Below are positions 1-10,488 of a stretch of 64,000 nucleotides of DNA, piece by piece (the first letter of the stretch is position 1; each line of letters starts with the position of its first letter). A program made the position numbers and the translations under genes. The notes beneath the pieces were generated by a model. The model searched no databases and was not told where the DNA came from. It was given only the letters and a program-made list of their open reading frames with translations. The stretch comes from Candidatus Vogelbacteria bacterium (lineage in GTDB: Bacteria > Patescibacteriota > Minisyncoccia > Phycocordibacterales > XYD1-FULL-46-19). The stretch lies in assembly GCA_021414225.1 (NCBI GenBank), contig JAIOOX010000002.1, positions 161,118 to 225,117 on the forward strand, read 5' to 3'.

Positions 1-1411
1 GGATGGAGGACTCTGACAAGAGGACTTCCATCACCATCACACCTTCTTTTTCCGCTTCGGTGCGGGCGCGCTGTTCCATTGCTTCCTCCAGGGAGGGGCG
101 ATTTTCCAGCAAGTCCATCACCTTGACGGGGCGGAATTCGTGAACGAGTTCAGTCTTGGGCTCACCTGTTTTCTCGTCGATGATCGGCTTGCCGTCGGTG
201 CCGAGTACTGCCCGCTGTTGCTTGAAGGGGATTTGGGCCCCACCCAGCACATCACGGACAACCGAGCGGATGACCGGGGTCACCACGCGGTTTTCGATGA
301 TTTCAGAGGTGTTGTCTCCGGTCAGGCCGAGGGCTGCTGCCACAAAGGGTGCGCGGTCTGGGCTGATTTGCACCATCACACGGAGCTCCTGTGGGACGTC
401 CCAGCCTTCTGGCTTGGCAAAGATGGCTGTGTCGGCCGCTTCTGGAACGGGCTGGATTTCCTTTTCCGCCAGTTTCTCGACGATCTTGCCTTGGTCGTCG
501 ACCGATACATCTACGGTCCGGCGAGTGTACCCGCCTTTGTACTCATACACCTGCGCTATGGTGGGCACGTGTGTAATTTTGTACGCGGCCGTATTGATGT
601 AGTAGAGTCCGTTGGGAAGTGGCTCTTCCCACACACCGATAGCACCGACCGGTACCAGGAGAGCCTTGGCTCGCCCGATGGGGAGTGTTTGGTCGCCGAG
701 CACTTTCAAGGTTCCATCCTTGGGTGCTTCGCGCTTAAACGCTCCGAAGTCAACCGCCGCGAGGACCGACGACTTGACGACACCGACCGTGCCCTGCTCA
801 ATGCGCGTCGCCGGGATGATTTCCGGTTTTGCCCACAAGTGGGGGTTGATGGTGTACATACCGGGTGTGAGAACCGTTGTCTGCGGTCCGCGTTGCCCTT
901 TGCCTTCCGTGAGGAAGTGGGTGGCATCGTTGGCCATCAGCATCTTCTCGGCGTCCGTCCAAGGCTGGGCGAAAGCTGACCCTCCGGTAATGTGAGCTCC
1001 GTCCTTGGCGGACATGAGTGCACATTGGCCGTTGGGCACATTGAGTACTTCCTCGTAGTCGACCTTGTGGGTCAACGTGAGGAACATCTCAAAGTGAAAG
1101 CCTGGGGTCAGGATCCGCGCTTGCGGACCGAGCTCCCCAGCCAAGGCGACGATGCGTCCCGGGGGGAGTGACTTGCCGAGGTAGACCCGGTTGAGGGTCA
1201 TGATCTCCCCGGCGGGCACCCATACCATACTGGTGCCGATGAAGGCCCAGAACATGACGAGGGCGGCCACCGGGTACAGAACCCGGCTGCCGATGCGCAT
1301 GTACCGCGTTTCTTCCGCTTCGCGCTCGGGATCGGTTGCCATTTTTCGCAGGAACTTTGCTCCCACGATCAAGGCGATGGCCGCCAGGGCCTTCAAGGTG
1401 AACCAAAACAT
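1..1411 (-). CDS. SPFH/band-7 (flotillin-like) membrane protein, 3' end runs off the window
   Basis: Translated by hand; absent from the ORF track. AAGGAG RBS, then MFWFTLKALAAIALIVG..., two TM segments, repeated GELGPQ/GQRGPQ..LTPG.Y.INP motifs and an SPFH core (ENRVVTPVIRSVVRD...LLENR..LE). GC-rich. The + strand ORFs here are its shadows. Confidence 0.75.
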   Translation of the reverse strand, partial: MFWFTLKALAAIALIVGAKFLRKMATDPEREAEETRYMRIGSRVLYPVAALVMFWAFIGTSMVWVPAGEIMTLNRVYLGKSLPPGRIVALAGELGPQARILTPGFHFEMFLTLTHKVDYEEVLNVPNGQCALMSAKDGAHITGGSAFAQPWTDAEKMLMANDATHFLTEGKGQRGPQTTVLTPGMYTINPHLWAKPEIIPATRIEQGTVGVVKSSVLAAVDFGAFKREAPKDGTLKVLGDQTLPIGRAKALLVPVGAIGVWEEPLPNGLYYINTAAYKITHVPTIAQVYEYKGGYTRRTVDVSVDDQGKIVEKLAEKEIQPVPEAADTAIFAKPEGWDVPQELRVMVQISPDRAPFVAAALGLTGDNTSEIIENRVVTPVIRSVVRDVLGGAQIPFKQQRAVLGTDGKPIIDEKTGEPKTELVHEFRPVKVMDLLENRPSLEEAMEQRARTEAEKEGVMVMEVLLSESSI

Positions 1412-1491
1412 TCTAACTTCTCCTTAACAGTGTCCGGCTTTTCAGGCTCGGACTGGATTGCTTGGACAAACTCGATACAAACCGTATCTAA

Positions 1492-1545
1492 TTCGCCAAG
1501 GGTTTAAAAAAGCCTTACCTAAAGCCTCTTTAAACCCTTGGCGAA
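1492..1545. repeat. 17-bp inverted repeat (hairpin) in the SPFH gene leader
   Basis: TTCGCCAAGGGTTTAAA ... TTTAAACCCTTGGCGAA. Confidence 0.7.
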
Positions 1546-1779
1546 AAACTATTCTTGAATTATTAAAGATCAAATTATTATGGGGATAATTACTATCACA
1601 TTTAAAATAAAAAGTCAATAGTTTAGGTTTGGGATGGGGCGTACAGATATTAAAGGTTTTTAAAAAAACTCTATTGATGACCAGAAATAAACTTTCTAAG
1701 TGGGGCGTGTCTTGGTGGAAATTTTGTAGTAATACTAGTGAAAAGTTTTATTTTTAAGTGGTCAGAAACAAAGCAAAAA

Positions 1780-2100
1780 TTAAACCCCCGGCCGGTTTTG
1801 GCGCGGGGGGGTAGCGGGGGCGTAGATTGTCCCGCGGTTGGTTGTTTTTGTTACTCGCAGATACACCCACCCATCCTTGATAACAAGCTGTTCAGGGTAG
1901 TCAACTCTGACGGCGACGGTGTTGCCGGCGGGTTGGGCGTGATCTGTGGTGATGACCACTGTCAAAACCTCCTGGTCTAGAACTTTGAGGGTAGGCACAT
2001 CAACGATTTTGTACCAACCTTCGTCCGTTTGTTCTCCTACTAAGGTGGCACAGCCACCAAGGTTGATTAGTATGACAAAACAAGTAAGTAGAGTTCTCAC
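1780..2100 (-). CDS. Putative small lipoprotein
   Basis: Signal peptide with lipobox LGGC; GAGGAGAAGG RBS upstream. Confidence 0.55.
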   Translation of the reverse strand: MRTLLTCFVILINLGGCATLVGEQTDEGWYKIVDVPTLKVLDQEVLTVVITTDHAQPAGNTVAVRVDYPEQLVIKDGWVYLRVTKTTNRGTIYAPATPPRQNRPGV

Positions 2101-2256
2101 TGACCTTCTCCTCTCTATAGTTTTAAGGTCCTATATTATTTTAACATAATTATTTGTATTTGTCCATTCAAATTAGATTGGTGAGAAGGGGCACAAGGTG
2201 GGATTGGAATTGTAAGAAAAGAAAACCGCCCTCCAACGGTCTTCGTTGAGGACGGA

Positions 2257-2895
2257 TTATGGTTTACGAACCACTAACCACAAAAGGCGATGGGGTTGCG
2301 GACCTACTGGCGTCGGCGCTAAGTCATTTTCCAGACGAGATTCCAGAACTTCCCAGTCACGGTACTGCCCGCAAATTTCTTCTTCTCGGAAAAACATGGG
2401 CGGATAGACATTGTGAATTTGTCTAATTACGCTTGCGCATTCGCTATCTAAATGAATATGGAGAAGATGTACCCCTCCCGAGACAGTGTGGTCCCGGCAC
2501 CGATCAACGAGTTCTCTCCATTTCTCGACTGAGAAATAGTGAGACAAGTTGAAAAGCGTAATCGCATCGTATTGACGGGTTAAGTCAGTCACTCCCACAT
2601 CCGCAACCCGTGCTTCAACAGAACCCTCTGGATAGAAACGTTTCCAAAAGGTAGCCACCTTTTGAAGATGTTCAACTGCTACACTCGACAAATCGAAAGC
2701 GTCTGCGTGCCAACCATGCCGTGCAAACCACAAAGCGTGTTGTCCTCGCCCCGAGCCAAGATCGAGTACTCGACCTTTCTTTCCATTGAAATAAGGGCCG
2801 AATGTCTCCAGTTGAGGTAAGATAGAAGCGCTTTCGTGGTCCTCTAAAGACTTTCGCCAATGGTCGTCAAAGAAGTTGGTTAGGTTAGGATCCAC
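2257..2895 (-). CDS. Class I SAM-dependent methyltransferase (TehB-like)
   Basis: VLDLGSGRG motif I, DAFDLS, YDAI; GGGAGG RBS. Confidence 0.85.
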   Translation of the reverse strand: MDPNLTNFFDDHWRKSLEDHESASILPQLETFGPYFNGKKGRVLDLGSGRGQHALWFARHGWHADAFDLSSVAVEHLQKVATFWKRFYPEGSVEARVADVGVTDLTRQYDAITLFNLSHYFSVEKWRELVDRCRDHTVSGGVHLLHIHLDSECASVIRQIHNVYPPMFFREEEICGQYRDWEVLESRLENDLAPTPVGPQPHRLLWLVVRKP

Positions 2896-3009
2896 GACAC
2901 ACCTCCCTATATTTTCCCAAAAATCTCTATTAGTAGTTACTTGTTCGCTACCAATTAATCTTCACTTCTTTTACTTTTATATAATAAATATATAACTTAG
3001 TCAATACAG

Positions 3010-3082
3010 TGGACCTTAGCGGACTCGAACCGCTCGCCTCATCCATGCCATGGATGCGCTCTACCAGATGAGCTAAAGGCCC
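3010..3082 (-). tRNA. tRNA-Ala(GGC)
   Basis: Cloverleaf GGGCCTTTAGCTCATCTGGTAGAGCG-CATCC ATGGCAT GGATG-...GGTTCGAGTCC...AAGGTCCA; G3:U70 identity pair; CCA not encoded. Confidence 0.95.
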
Positions 3083-3124
3083 TTAACATTGAAAATCTAT
3101 CATTTTTTTGCTACTGTTTCAATC

Positions 3125-3340
3125 ATGATTAAAGATTTTTTAATGCGTAAAATGCTAAAAAGCCAGGGTGTACCCGAAGGGCAGATTGATCAACTCTTAA
3201 ATATTATAAATAAAAATCCAGAGTTATTTAAAAAAATAGCTGAAGAAGTTCAGGTTAAAGTAAAGGGAGGAAAACCACAGATGGAGGCTACGATGGAAGT
3301 AATGAAAAATTACGAAGCTGAACTTAAAAAATTAGTCTAA
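3125..3340 (+). CDS. Small hypothetical protein upstream of ychF
   Basis: ORF from ATG 3125 (MIKDFLMRKMLKSQGVP); its stop overlaps the ychF start. Confidence 0.7.
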   Translation: MIKDFLMRKMLKSQGVPEGQIDQLLNIINKNPELFKKIAEEVQVKVKGGKPQMEATMEVMKNYEAELKKLV

Positions 3341-4419
3341 TGGGATTATCGATCGGAATTGTCGGGTTACCAAACGTTGGAAAATCGACGCTGTTTAATG
3401 CGCTGACTAAAAAAAGTGTCCCAGCGGAGAATTATCCGTTTTGTACTATTGATCCGTCAGTAGGTGTGGTCGCTGTACCAGATGAAAGGCTTTACAAACT
3501 AGCTGAGTTTTCTAAATCAGCCAAAACAGTGCCGGCGGCGGTTGAGTTTGTTGATATTGCTGGTCTGGTCAAAGGCGCTTCGGAAGGTGAAGGTCTGGGA
3601 AATCAATTTCTTCAACATATTCGCGAGGTAGATGCTATTGCCCAAGTGGTACGGATATTTGAAGATGGGAATATTACTCACGTGTCTGGAAAAGTCGATC
3701 CGATGTCTGATGTGGAGACTATCAACCTAGAACTCATTTTAGCTGATTTACAAACCATTACTAAACGACTAGGTAATATCAGTCGAGAAGTAAAAAGGGG
3801 TGATAAAGAAGCCGTGGCTGAAAATATTGTTTTAGAAAAAATTAAATCAGCCTTAGAAGCTGGTCAGCTAGCCTCGGCTGTCTCTTTAGATGACAAAGAG
3901 GAAATTTATCGACGCAATATGCATTTATTGTCGGCTAAACCGATTATGTATGTTTTGAACCAGAAATCTGGTTCACCTCAAGCAGATACAGCTCGGTTTG
4001 AAGAATTTTTAAAAACATCTGGAGCGAAATTTGTGACCGTCGATGCCAGAATTGAACACGAATTGTCAGAGTTGGAAGCGGGGGACAAAGAAGAATTCAA
4101 ACAAGAGTTGGGTGTAGAAAATGATGGGGTTAATGATTTGATTAAAACTAGTTATGACCTTTTAGGTCTGATGAGTTATTTTACGACCGGTGCAGACGAA
4201 ACACGTGGTTGGACTATTAAGAAAAATTCGACCGCCCCAGTGGCTGGTATGGCAATCCATACTGATTTTAAAGATAAGTTTATTCGCGCGGAGGTGGTCA
4301 ATTGGCAGAAACTTTTAGAAGCTGGATCGATGGGTAAAGCGCGAGAACTTGGTCTGGTTCGCACTGAAGGTAAAGAATATATTGTCCAAGACGGTGATTG
4401 TGTCGAGTTTAAAATCTAG
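3340..4419 (+). CDS. ychF: Redox-regulated ATPase YchF
   Basis: GIVGLPNVGKSTLFNALT, NYPFCTIDP, DIAGLVKGASEGEGLGNQFL, C-terminal TGS domain (EGKEYIVQDGD). Confidence 0.97.
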   Translation: MGLSIGIVGLPNVGKSTLFNALTKKSVPAENYPFCTIDPSVGVVAVPDERLYKLAEFSKSAKTVPAAVEFVDIAGLVKGASEGEGLGNQFLQHIREVDAIAQVVRIFEDGNITHVSGKVDPMSDVETINLELILADLQTITKRLGNISREVKRGDKEAVAENIVLEKIKSALEAGQLASAVSLDDKEEIYRRNMHLLSAKPIMYVLNQKSGSPQADTARFEEFLKTSGAKFVTVDARIEHELSELEAGDKEEFKQELGVENDGVNDLIKTSYDLLGLMSYFTTGADETRGWTIKKNSTAPVAGMAIHTDFKDKFIRAEVVNWQKLLEAGSMGKARELGLVRTEGKEYIVQDGDCVEFKI

Positions 4420-4643
4420 ATAAAGGAAAAACCACAAAAATTTCAGGGTTTGAATAGATCGTTCGCTCGCCGCTACTAAACCTCCCTTTATTTTTGTGGT
4501 GGTCCATCCTGTCACTCCTAATAGAGAGAGGGTGAGTTGACCAGTCTTTCACCCCGAATATTTGTACGTTACCATCTTTTCATGGACCCTACAAACCTTA
4601 GTGATAATTTTATTTTTCTGTTAATTGTGGTATAGTGCGAATT

Positions 4644-5189
4644 ATGAAAAATACACACATCCTCAAGTGGGCACTTATTTTAGGAATTATTATTGTGCTT
4701 AATCTCTTTGTGAATTTCTCCATTGCTTTAGTTTATGACGCTCCTGTTTGGGATAAATTTTGTCCACAACAACAAGTAACAGTACCTCCAGATACTCAGG
4801 AAAAATGTGTGGCGATTGGTGGTGGTTGGACAGAAAACATTAATTACAACCAAGCGATAACCAAACCAGTACCAGCTGACTTCAAAGAACCAAAAGGTTA
4901 CTGTGATCCAAACTTTACTTGCCAGAAAACATACACTGAAGCCAATAGTCTTTATAATCGAAATGTTTTTATTATTTTGGTGATTGCTGGGGTGGCTGCT
5001 TTAGGGGTTGGTTTTGCTTTAGGTTCTTACCCGGCTGTTTCTCTCGGTCTATCATTTGGTGGGGTGTTGTCATTTATTGTGGCTACTATCCGCTACTGGT
5101 CTGATATGGACGACTACTTACGAGTTATTATCCTAGGTTTGGCTCTGATAGCCCTAATTTGGTTGGGTATTAAAAAGATCAAAGAATAA
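4644..5189 (+). CDS. Hypothetical multi-TM membrane protein with Cys-containing extracellular loop
   Basis: One N-terminal and three C-terminal hydrophobic helices; 4 Cys in the loop. Confidence 0.75.
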   Translation: MKNTHILKWALILGIIIVLNLFVNFSIALVYDAPVWDKFCPQQQVTVPPDTQEKCVAIGGGWTENINYNQAITKPVPADFKEPKGYCDPNFTCQKTYTEANSLYNRNVFIILVIAGVAALGVGFALGSYPAVSLGLSFGGVLSFIVATIRYWSDMDDYLRVIILGLALIALIWLGIKKIKE

Positions 5190-5197
5190 ATTAAATT

Positions 5198-8071
5198 ATG
5201 GCCGTTCCGAAAAAGCTCACAGAGTACGACCACAAAAAGATTGAAAAAAAGTGGCAAACCACTTGGACGAAAACTGGTCTCTACAAAACTGAAGAAACTT
5301 CTAAAAAACCAAAGTGTTATGTTCTTGATATGTTTCCTTATCCATCGGGAGAAGGTCTACATGTAGGTCATCCAAAAGGTTATATAGCAACTGATATTTA
5401 TTCTCGTTTTAAAAGAATGAATGGTTTTAATGTTTTGCATCCGATGGGTTGGGATGCTTTTGGGTTACCGGCGGAAAATTATGCTATTAAAAACAAAGTC
5501 CACCCTAAATTAGCGGTTACCAAAAATATTAAACGGTACAAAGAACAGTTGTCGATGATTGGTTTCAATTATGATTGGAAGCGAGAAATCGATACAACCG
5601 ACCCTGAATATTACAAATGGACTCAATGGATTTTTTTACAGTTATACAAAAAAGGTTTAGCTTATGAATCTTTTGAACCAATCAATTGGTGTCCATCTTG
5701 TCAGACAGGCTTAGCTAACGAAGACGTAGAAGATGGAAAGTGTGAGCGTTGTAGTACGGTAGTAGAAAAAAAGCCAATGCGCCAGTGGGTGCTGAAAATT
5801 ACCAAATACGCTGATCGTTTACTGAAAGACTTGGAAACTTTAGATTGGCCAAATTCAATCAAAGAATCTCAGAAAAATTGGATTGGTAAAAGTGAGGGGG
5901 CGTTAATAAAATTTCCTCTAGCTGGTATTACTGGTGAAGCGGATGGTAAATATTCAGTAGAAGTCTTTACTACCAGACCAGATACTATTTTTGGTGTGAC
6001 TTTTGTGGCTATTGCTCCAGAGTTGGCTAAAAAATGGCAAGAGATGGGTTGGCAGACTGAAGACAAAGTAAAAAAATACATTGACCAAGTTTTGATTGAT
6101 CGGGCTAAAACTACCTTCAAAGATAACCCAGAGAAGACGGGTATTTTCGCTGGTGTCTACGCGATCAATCCAGCCAATCAAGAAAAAGTGCCAGTTTGGA
6201 TTACTAATTACGTGTTAGGTGACGTTGGGACTGGAGCGATTATGGCTGTGCCTGCCCACGATGAACGAGATTTTGAGTTTGCTAAAAAATATTTGTTACC
6301 TGTACAGCAGGTAGTAGTTCCAGTACGGATAGACAAAAAGAACCCACCACAGAGTGGTAAAAAAAATGTTGAAAGAAAAACCATTCATGCGTTGGTTGTT
6401 AACCCAAAAACAGGGAAACTTCTATGTCTTAAGTGGAAAAATTTTCCATGGACTGGTTTTGTGGTTGGTGGTGTAGATGAAGGAGAAGATATTGTGATCG
6501 CTGCTCGACGAGAAGTTCTTGAAGAGACGGGTTATAAAAATTTAAAATTAGTTCGTACTTTAGGAGGCTTGGTGCGTGGAGAATATTTTGCAGCTCACAA
6601 AGATGAAAACAGGATTGCCCTTTCTAATGCAATTTTATTTGAACTTCAAAACGAAGATCGTGAGCCTGTTTCTGATGAGGAGAGTGATAAACACGAGGTG
6701 GTGTGGCTTGATCCAAAAACCATAAATCAAGATAATTTTACTTGCGCGGAATTAGATTTGTGGTTTGCGCGTATAAATAATGAAAATGAAGCTTACTCTG
6801 GTTCAGGTGTATTGGTTAACTCTGGAAAATTCACTGGTTTGGAATCCGAGAAGTCTGTAAAAGATATTGTAAAAGCAGTAGGTGGAAAATTAACTTCTAC
6901 CTACAAACTAAAAGATTGGGTTTTTTCTCGACAGCGTTATTGGGGTGAGCCAATCCCGGTTATTCACTGTGGTAAGTGTGGGGTCGTTCCTGTTCCAGAG
7001 AAAGATTTACCGGTCAAATTACCAGAGGTAAAAAGTTATGCGCCAACTGGGACTGGTGAATCACCGCTCGCTGATATTGCTAAGTGGGTGAATACTAAAT
7101 GTCCGACTTGTAAGGGTCCAGCTAAACGAGAGACTAATACTATGCCTCAATGGGCCGGTTCTTCTTGGTATTATTTGCGGTTTATGGATCCTAAAAATAA
7201 AAAAACATTAGTTGATCCTAAAAAGGAAAAATACTGGGCACCAGTCGATATGTATGTTGGTGGTTCAGAACACGCGACCAGACACCTGATCTATGCTCGT
7301 TTTTGGCATAAGTTTTTATATGACATCAAAACAGTCTCAACTAAGGAGCCATTTAAGCGAATTGGTAAAAATTTAGGTTTAATCTTGGGCGCTGATGGCC
7401 GCAAAATGAGTAAACGTTGGGGGAATGTTATCAACCCGGATGATGTGATCAAACTTTATGGAGCTGACACTCTCCGTTTGTATGAAATGTTCATGGGACC
7501 TTTTGATCAAGAAATTGCTTGGAATACAGATAGTATGATTGGCAGTCGGAGGTTCCTAGAAAAGGTTTGGCGTCTGCAATCTAAGGTTACAACTAAAACT
7601 ACCTTGCCTGAAGCTACTGAAATTCTACTAAATCAAACTATTAAAAAAGTTGAAGCAGATATTGAGTCATTTAACTTTAATACTGCTGTTTCAACTCTAA
7701 TGATCTTAGTTAATAATTTGGAGACTTTGGAGTTAGTGCCAGTGTCAGCTTACCAAACCCTACTTTTACTACTGGCCCCCTTTTCACCCCATGTCGCCGA
7801 CGAGCTGTGGGGGTCTACTGGTAACAAGAAATCAATTCACTTAGCTGGCTGGCCAAAATATAATAAACGTAAGTTAGTATCTGATTTAGTGACTATTGTG
7901 GTGCAAGTTAATAGCAAGGTTCGTGATACTTTTGAAGCCAAAAGGGGATTAAGTCAGATTGAAATTGAAAAGCTGGCTATTAGCCGTGAGAGTGTTCAGA
8001 AATGGTTAACTGGTGAAGAATTTAAGAAGGTTATTTTTGTGCCAGATAAGCTTATCAACATAGTAGTCTAG
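5198..8071 (+). CDS. leuS: Leucine--tRNA ligase with inserted Nudix domain
   Basis: MFPYPSG-LHVGH (HIGH), FTTRPDT, GTGAIMAVPAHDERD, KMSKR; Nudix box GGVDEGEDIVIAARREVLEETG inserted after the editing core. Confidence 0.96.
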   Translation: MAVPKKLTEYDHKKIEKKWQTTWTKTGLYKTEETSKKPKCYVLDMFPYPSGEGLHVGHPKGYIATDIYSRFKRMNGFNVLHPMGWDAFGLPAENYAIKNKVHPKLAVTKNIKRYKEQLSMIGFNYDWKREIDTTDPEYYKWTQWIFLQLYKKGLAYESFEPINWCPSCQTGLANEDVEDGKCERCSTVVEKKPMRQWVLKITKYADRLLKDLETLDWPNSIKESQKNWIGKSEGALIKFPLAGITGEADGKYSVEVFTTRPDTIFGVTFVAIAPELAKKWQEMGWQTEDKVKKYIDQVLIDRAKTTFKDNPEKTGIFAGVYAINPANQEKVPVWITNYVLGDVGTGAIMAVPAHDERDFEFAKKYLLPVQQVVVPVRIDKKNPPQSGKKNVERKTIHALVVNPKTGKLLCLKWKNFPWTGFVVGGVDEGEDIVIAARREVLEETGYKNLKLVRTLGGLVRGEYFAAHKDENRIALSNAILFELQNEDREPVSDEESDKHEVVWLDPKTINQDNFTCAELDLWFARINNENEAYSGSGVLVNSGKFTGLESEKSVKDIVKAVGGKLTSTYKLKDWVFSRQRYWGEPIPVIHCGKCGVVPVPEKDLPVKLPEVKSYAPTGTGESPLADIAKWVNTKCPTCKGPAKRETNTMPQWAGSSWYYLRFMDPKNKKTLVDPKKEKYWAPVDMYVGGSEHATRHLIYARFWHKFLYDIKTVSTKEPFKRIGKNLGLILGADGRKMSKRWGNVINPDDVIKLYGADTLRLYEMFMGPFDQEIAWNTDSMIGSRRFLEKVWRLQSKVTTKTTLPEATEILLNQTIKKVEADIESFNFNTAVSTLMILVNNLETLELVPVSAYQTLLLLLAPFSPHVADELWGSTGNKKSIHLAGWPKYNKRKLVSDLVTIVVQVNSKVRDTFEAKRGLSQIEIEKLAISRESVQKWLTGEEFKKVIFVPDKLINIVV

Positions 8072-8118
8072 GTCCTACCCTTGACGTCTTTAATTAAAAA
8101 TGCTACAAATATAATATT

Positions 8119-9171
8119 ATGCCAAAAGGGAATTCTAAAGATTTAATCACTTTTAAACCCAAAGAGGTCGGTAAGAAGCTCTTGGGCCTTTTACCAGAAC
8201 GAGCCAGAGATATCCTGACTAAGCGTTATGGTTTGGGAAAAAGTGCTGAACACCTAACTCTTGAAGCGATTGGTGGAGAGTACGGTATCACTCGAGAAAG
8301 AGTACGTCAGATTGAAAATTTTGCTTTAAACGGCATCAAAAAATCTGCTGATTTTTCTAAATTTGAACCTATTTTTACTGAATTAAAACAAGTAATGAAT
8401 GATTTTGGTGGGGTGGTTCATGAATTAGAATTTTTGAATGCCTTAGCTAAAGATAAGAGTTCCCAAAACCACATCCACTTCTTACTGGTTATATCAGAAG
8501 CTTTCACTAAACTTAAAGAAGATGAGGATTTTCATCACCGTTGGACCACTGATAAGAATTTTGCTACTCGTATCCACAAGTCACTAACCAACTTGTGTAC
8601 CAACTTATCAGAAAAAGATCTGGTTTCAGAAACCCAATTGTTGGATTCTTTCTTGGTAGAACTTAAAGAAATTGCTGATACCGCTCGGGGCCGTGAAAAA
8701 GAAATGGCTCGTCGTTGGATCACCCTATCTAAAAGTCTAAATCAAAACCCATTAGGTGAATGGGGTTTGTCAAAATCACCAAACGTTCGCATGCGAGGTA
8801 TTCGTGACTACGCCTTCTTGGTTTTACGACAACATGGCTCACCAATGCACTTCAATGAAGTAGCAAAAGGGATTGAAAAATTATTTGGTAAGATTGCTCA
8901 CCCAGCCACTTGTCACAATGAATTGATTAAAGATAAGCGTTTTGTTTTAGTAGGCCGAGGTTTGTACGCTTTAGCTGAATGGGGTTATAACCCTGGAGTA
9001 GTAGCCGACGTTGTTCGGTCTATTCTTAAAAAAGAATCACCTCTAACTAAAGATGAAATTATTGCTCGAGTGATGAAAGAGCGTTATGTTAAGGAAAATA
9101 CTATCTTAGTTAATCTACAAAACCCTAAATTGTTTAAAAAAGATTCTCAAGGTCGCTACAGTATTGTTTAA
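8119..9171 (+). CDS. Sigma-70 region-4 HTH plus HARE-HTH (RNAP delta-like) protein
   Basis: LTLEAIGGEYGITRERVRQIE; C-terminal HNELIKDKRFVLVGRGLYALAEWG. Confidence 0.8.
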   Translation: MPKGNSKDLITFKPKEVGKKLLGLLPERARDILTKRYGLGKSAEHLTLEAIGGEYGITRERVRQIENFALNGIKKSADFSKFEPIFTELKQVMNDFGGVVHELEFLNALAKDKSSQNHIHFLLVISEAFTKLKEDEDFHHRWTTDKNFATRIHKSLTNLCTNLSEKDLVSETQLLDSFLVELKEIADTARGREKEMARRWITLSKSLNQNPLGEWGLSKSPNVRMRGIRDYAFLVLRQHGSPMHFNEVAKGIEKLFGKIAHPATCHNELIKDKRFVLVGRGLYALAEWGYNPGVVADVVRSILKKESPLTKDEIIARVMKERYVKENTILVNLQNPKLFKKDSQGRYSIV

Positions 9172-9213
9172 ACAAAAAGAGCTCAGCTAAAAAATAGCTG
9201 AGCTCTTTTTGTT
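9171..9213 (+). terminator. Intrinsic (bidirectional) terminator
   Basis: AACAAAAAGAGCTCAGCTA-AAAAA-TAGCTGAGCTCTTTTTGTT. Confidence 0.85.
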
Positions 9214-9241
9214 ATCATTTAAATCGTGTATAATTTAAATT

Positions 9242-10483
9242 ATGTCGATTTTCTCTCTCTGGGACACCTACCTAGATTTGTTGCCTAAAATTCTGCCATT
9301 TTTCTATTATTTATCACCACTGATTTCTTGTCTGATTATTTGGCGGTTGTATCTCTACTATATTCGTTATGGGTTTGTAAAAAAGATGGATTGGGTGTTA
9401 TTGGAAATAAAAATGCCTAAAGAAATATCCAAAACACCGTCTGGTATGGAGATTATTTTCTCCAACTTGCATCAAACTGGTGGTGGTAGTCTGATTGATA
9501 AATTTATCAAAGGCAAGGTCCGCTCCTGGTTTTCTTTAGAGATGTGTTCTTTTGGTGGAGATGTTAAATTCTTTGTTCGGTTAGAAAAAAAGTTTCGTGA
9601 CCTATTTGAAGCAGCTGCCTATTCTCAATATCCAGAGATTGAAATTCACGAGGCGGAAGATTATGTCCACAAAATACCTTATGGGGTTGTGGAAGCTAAG
9701 TGGGATATGTGGGGAGCCGTACTAAAATTTACTAAAGCTGATCCTTATCCAATTAAGACTTATATTGATTATGGTTTAGATAAAAAAGAAAAGGACGCCT
9801 TGGTGAGTGTTGACCCTCTAACTCCAATTATTGAATTTTTAGGTTCAGTCAAACCAGGTGAACAAGTTTGGGTTCAGATACCGATTATGGCTGCTCGTGA
9901 TTTAAAACAAAAACCAGGCGGTAAATGGTATGAGAAAGAAGGTTGGAAAAAAGAAGGAGAAGCCCTTGTTAACGATATTATGAAGCGTGACGCCAAAACG
10001 AAAGCCTCAAAACAGTTATCAGCTACTGGTTTTCCAATTATCCCGTCTTTATCTAAAGGAGAACAGGATGTAATTGAAGCGATTGAGCGCAGTATCTCTA
10101 AGCTTGGTTTTGAAGCTGGTATTAGGATGATTTATTTTGCTCCAGAAGGTAAAATTAATAACAACTACAAGGGAGCGATTTTGAGTATGTTTAAACAATT
10201 TAACTCCCAGAATCTGAATGGTTTTGATCGGGAATTTGATACCAGCTTTGATTATCCTTGGCAGGATTTTATGGGTCTACGTTTAGCTAAAATGAAGGCC
10301 GACTTATTTAACTCTTATCGGTTACGGAGTCTGTTTTGGATGCCTTATCCTAGTAAAACTTTTGTTTTAAACACTGAAGAATTAGCTACTCTATTTCATT
10401 TTCCGGGGGCTATTTCTCAAACTCCAACCTTTGGTCGGATTATGTCTAAGCGAGCGGAACCACCACCAAACTTACCAGTATAA
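9242..10483 (+). CDS. CPR-type hypothetical membrane-anchored protein
   Basis: N-terminal TM; WFSLE, YSQYP, YPIKTY, LNTEELATLFHFP, EPPPNLP motifs recalled from Parcubacteria proteins. Confidence 0.7.
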   Translation: MSIFSLWDTYLDLLPKILPFFYYLSPLISCLIIWRLYLYYIRYGFVKKMDWVLLEIKMPKEISKTPSGMEIIFSNLHQTGGGSLIDKFIKGKVRSWFSLEMCSFGGDVKFFVRLEKKFRDLFEAAAYSQYPEIEIHEAEDYVHKIPYGVVEAKWDMWGAVLKFTKADPYPIKTYIDYGLDKKEKDALVSVDPLTPIIEFLGSVKPGEQVWVQIPIMAARDLKQKPGGKWYEKEGWKKEGEALVNDIMKRDAKTKASKQLSATGFPIIPSLSKGEQDVIEAIERSISKLGFEAGIRMIYFAPEGKINNNYKGAILSMFKQFNSQNLNGFDREFDTSFDYPWQDFMGLRLAKMKADLFNSYRLRSLFWMPYPSKTFVLNTEELATLFHFPGAISQTPTFGRIMSKRAEPPPNLPV

Positions 10484-10488
10484 TCATC

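Noticed and set aside
140-1427. Several + strand ORFs (279, 148, 127 aa)
   Set aside because: Shadow frames of the GC-rich minus-strand SPFH gene
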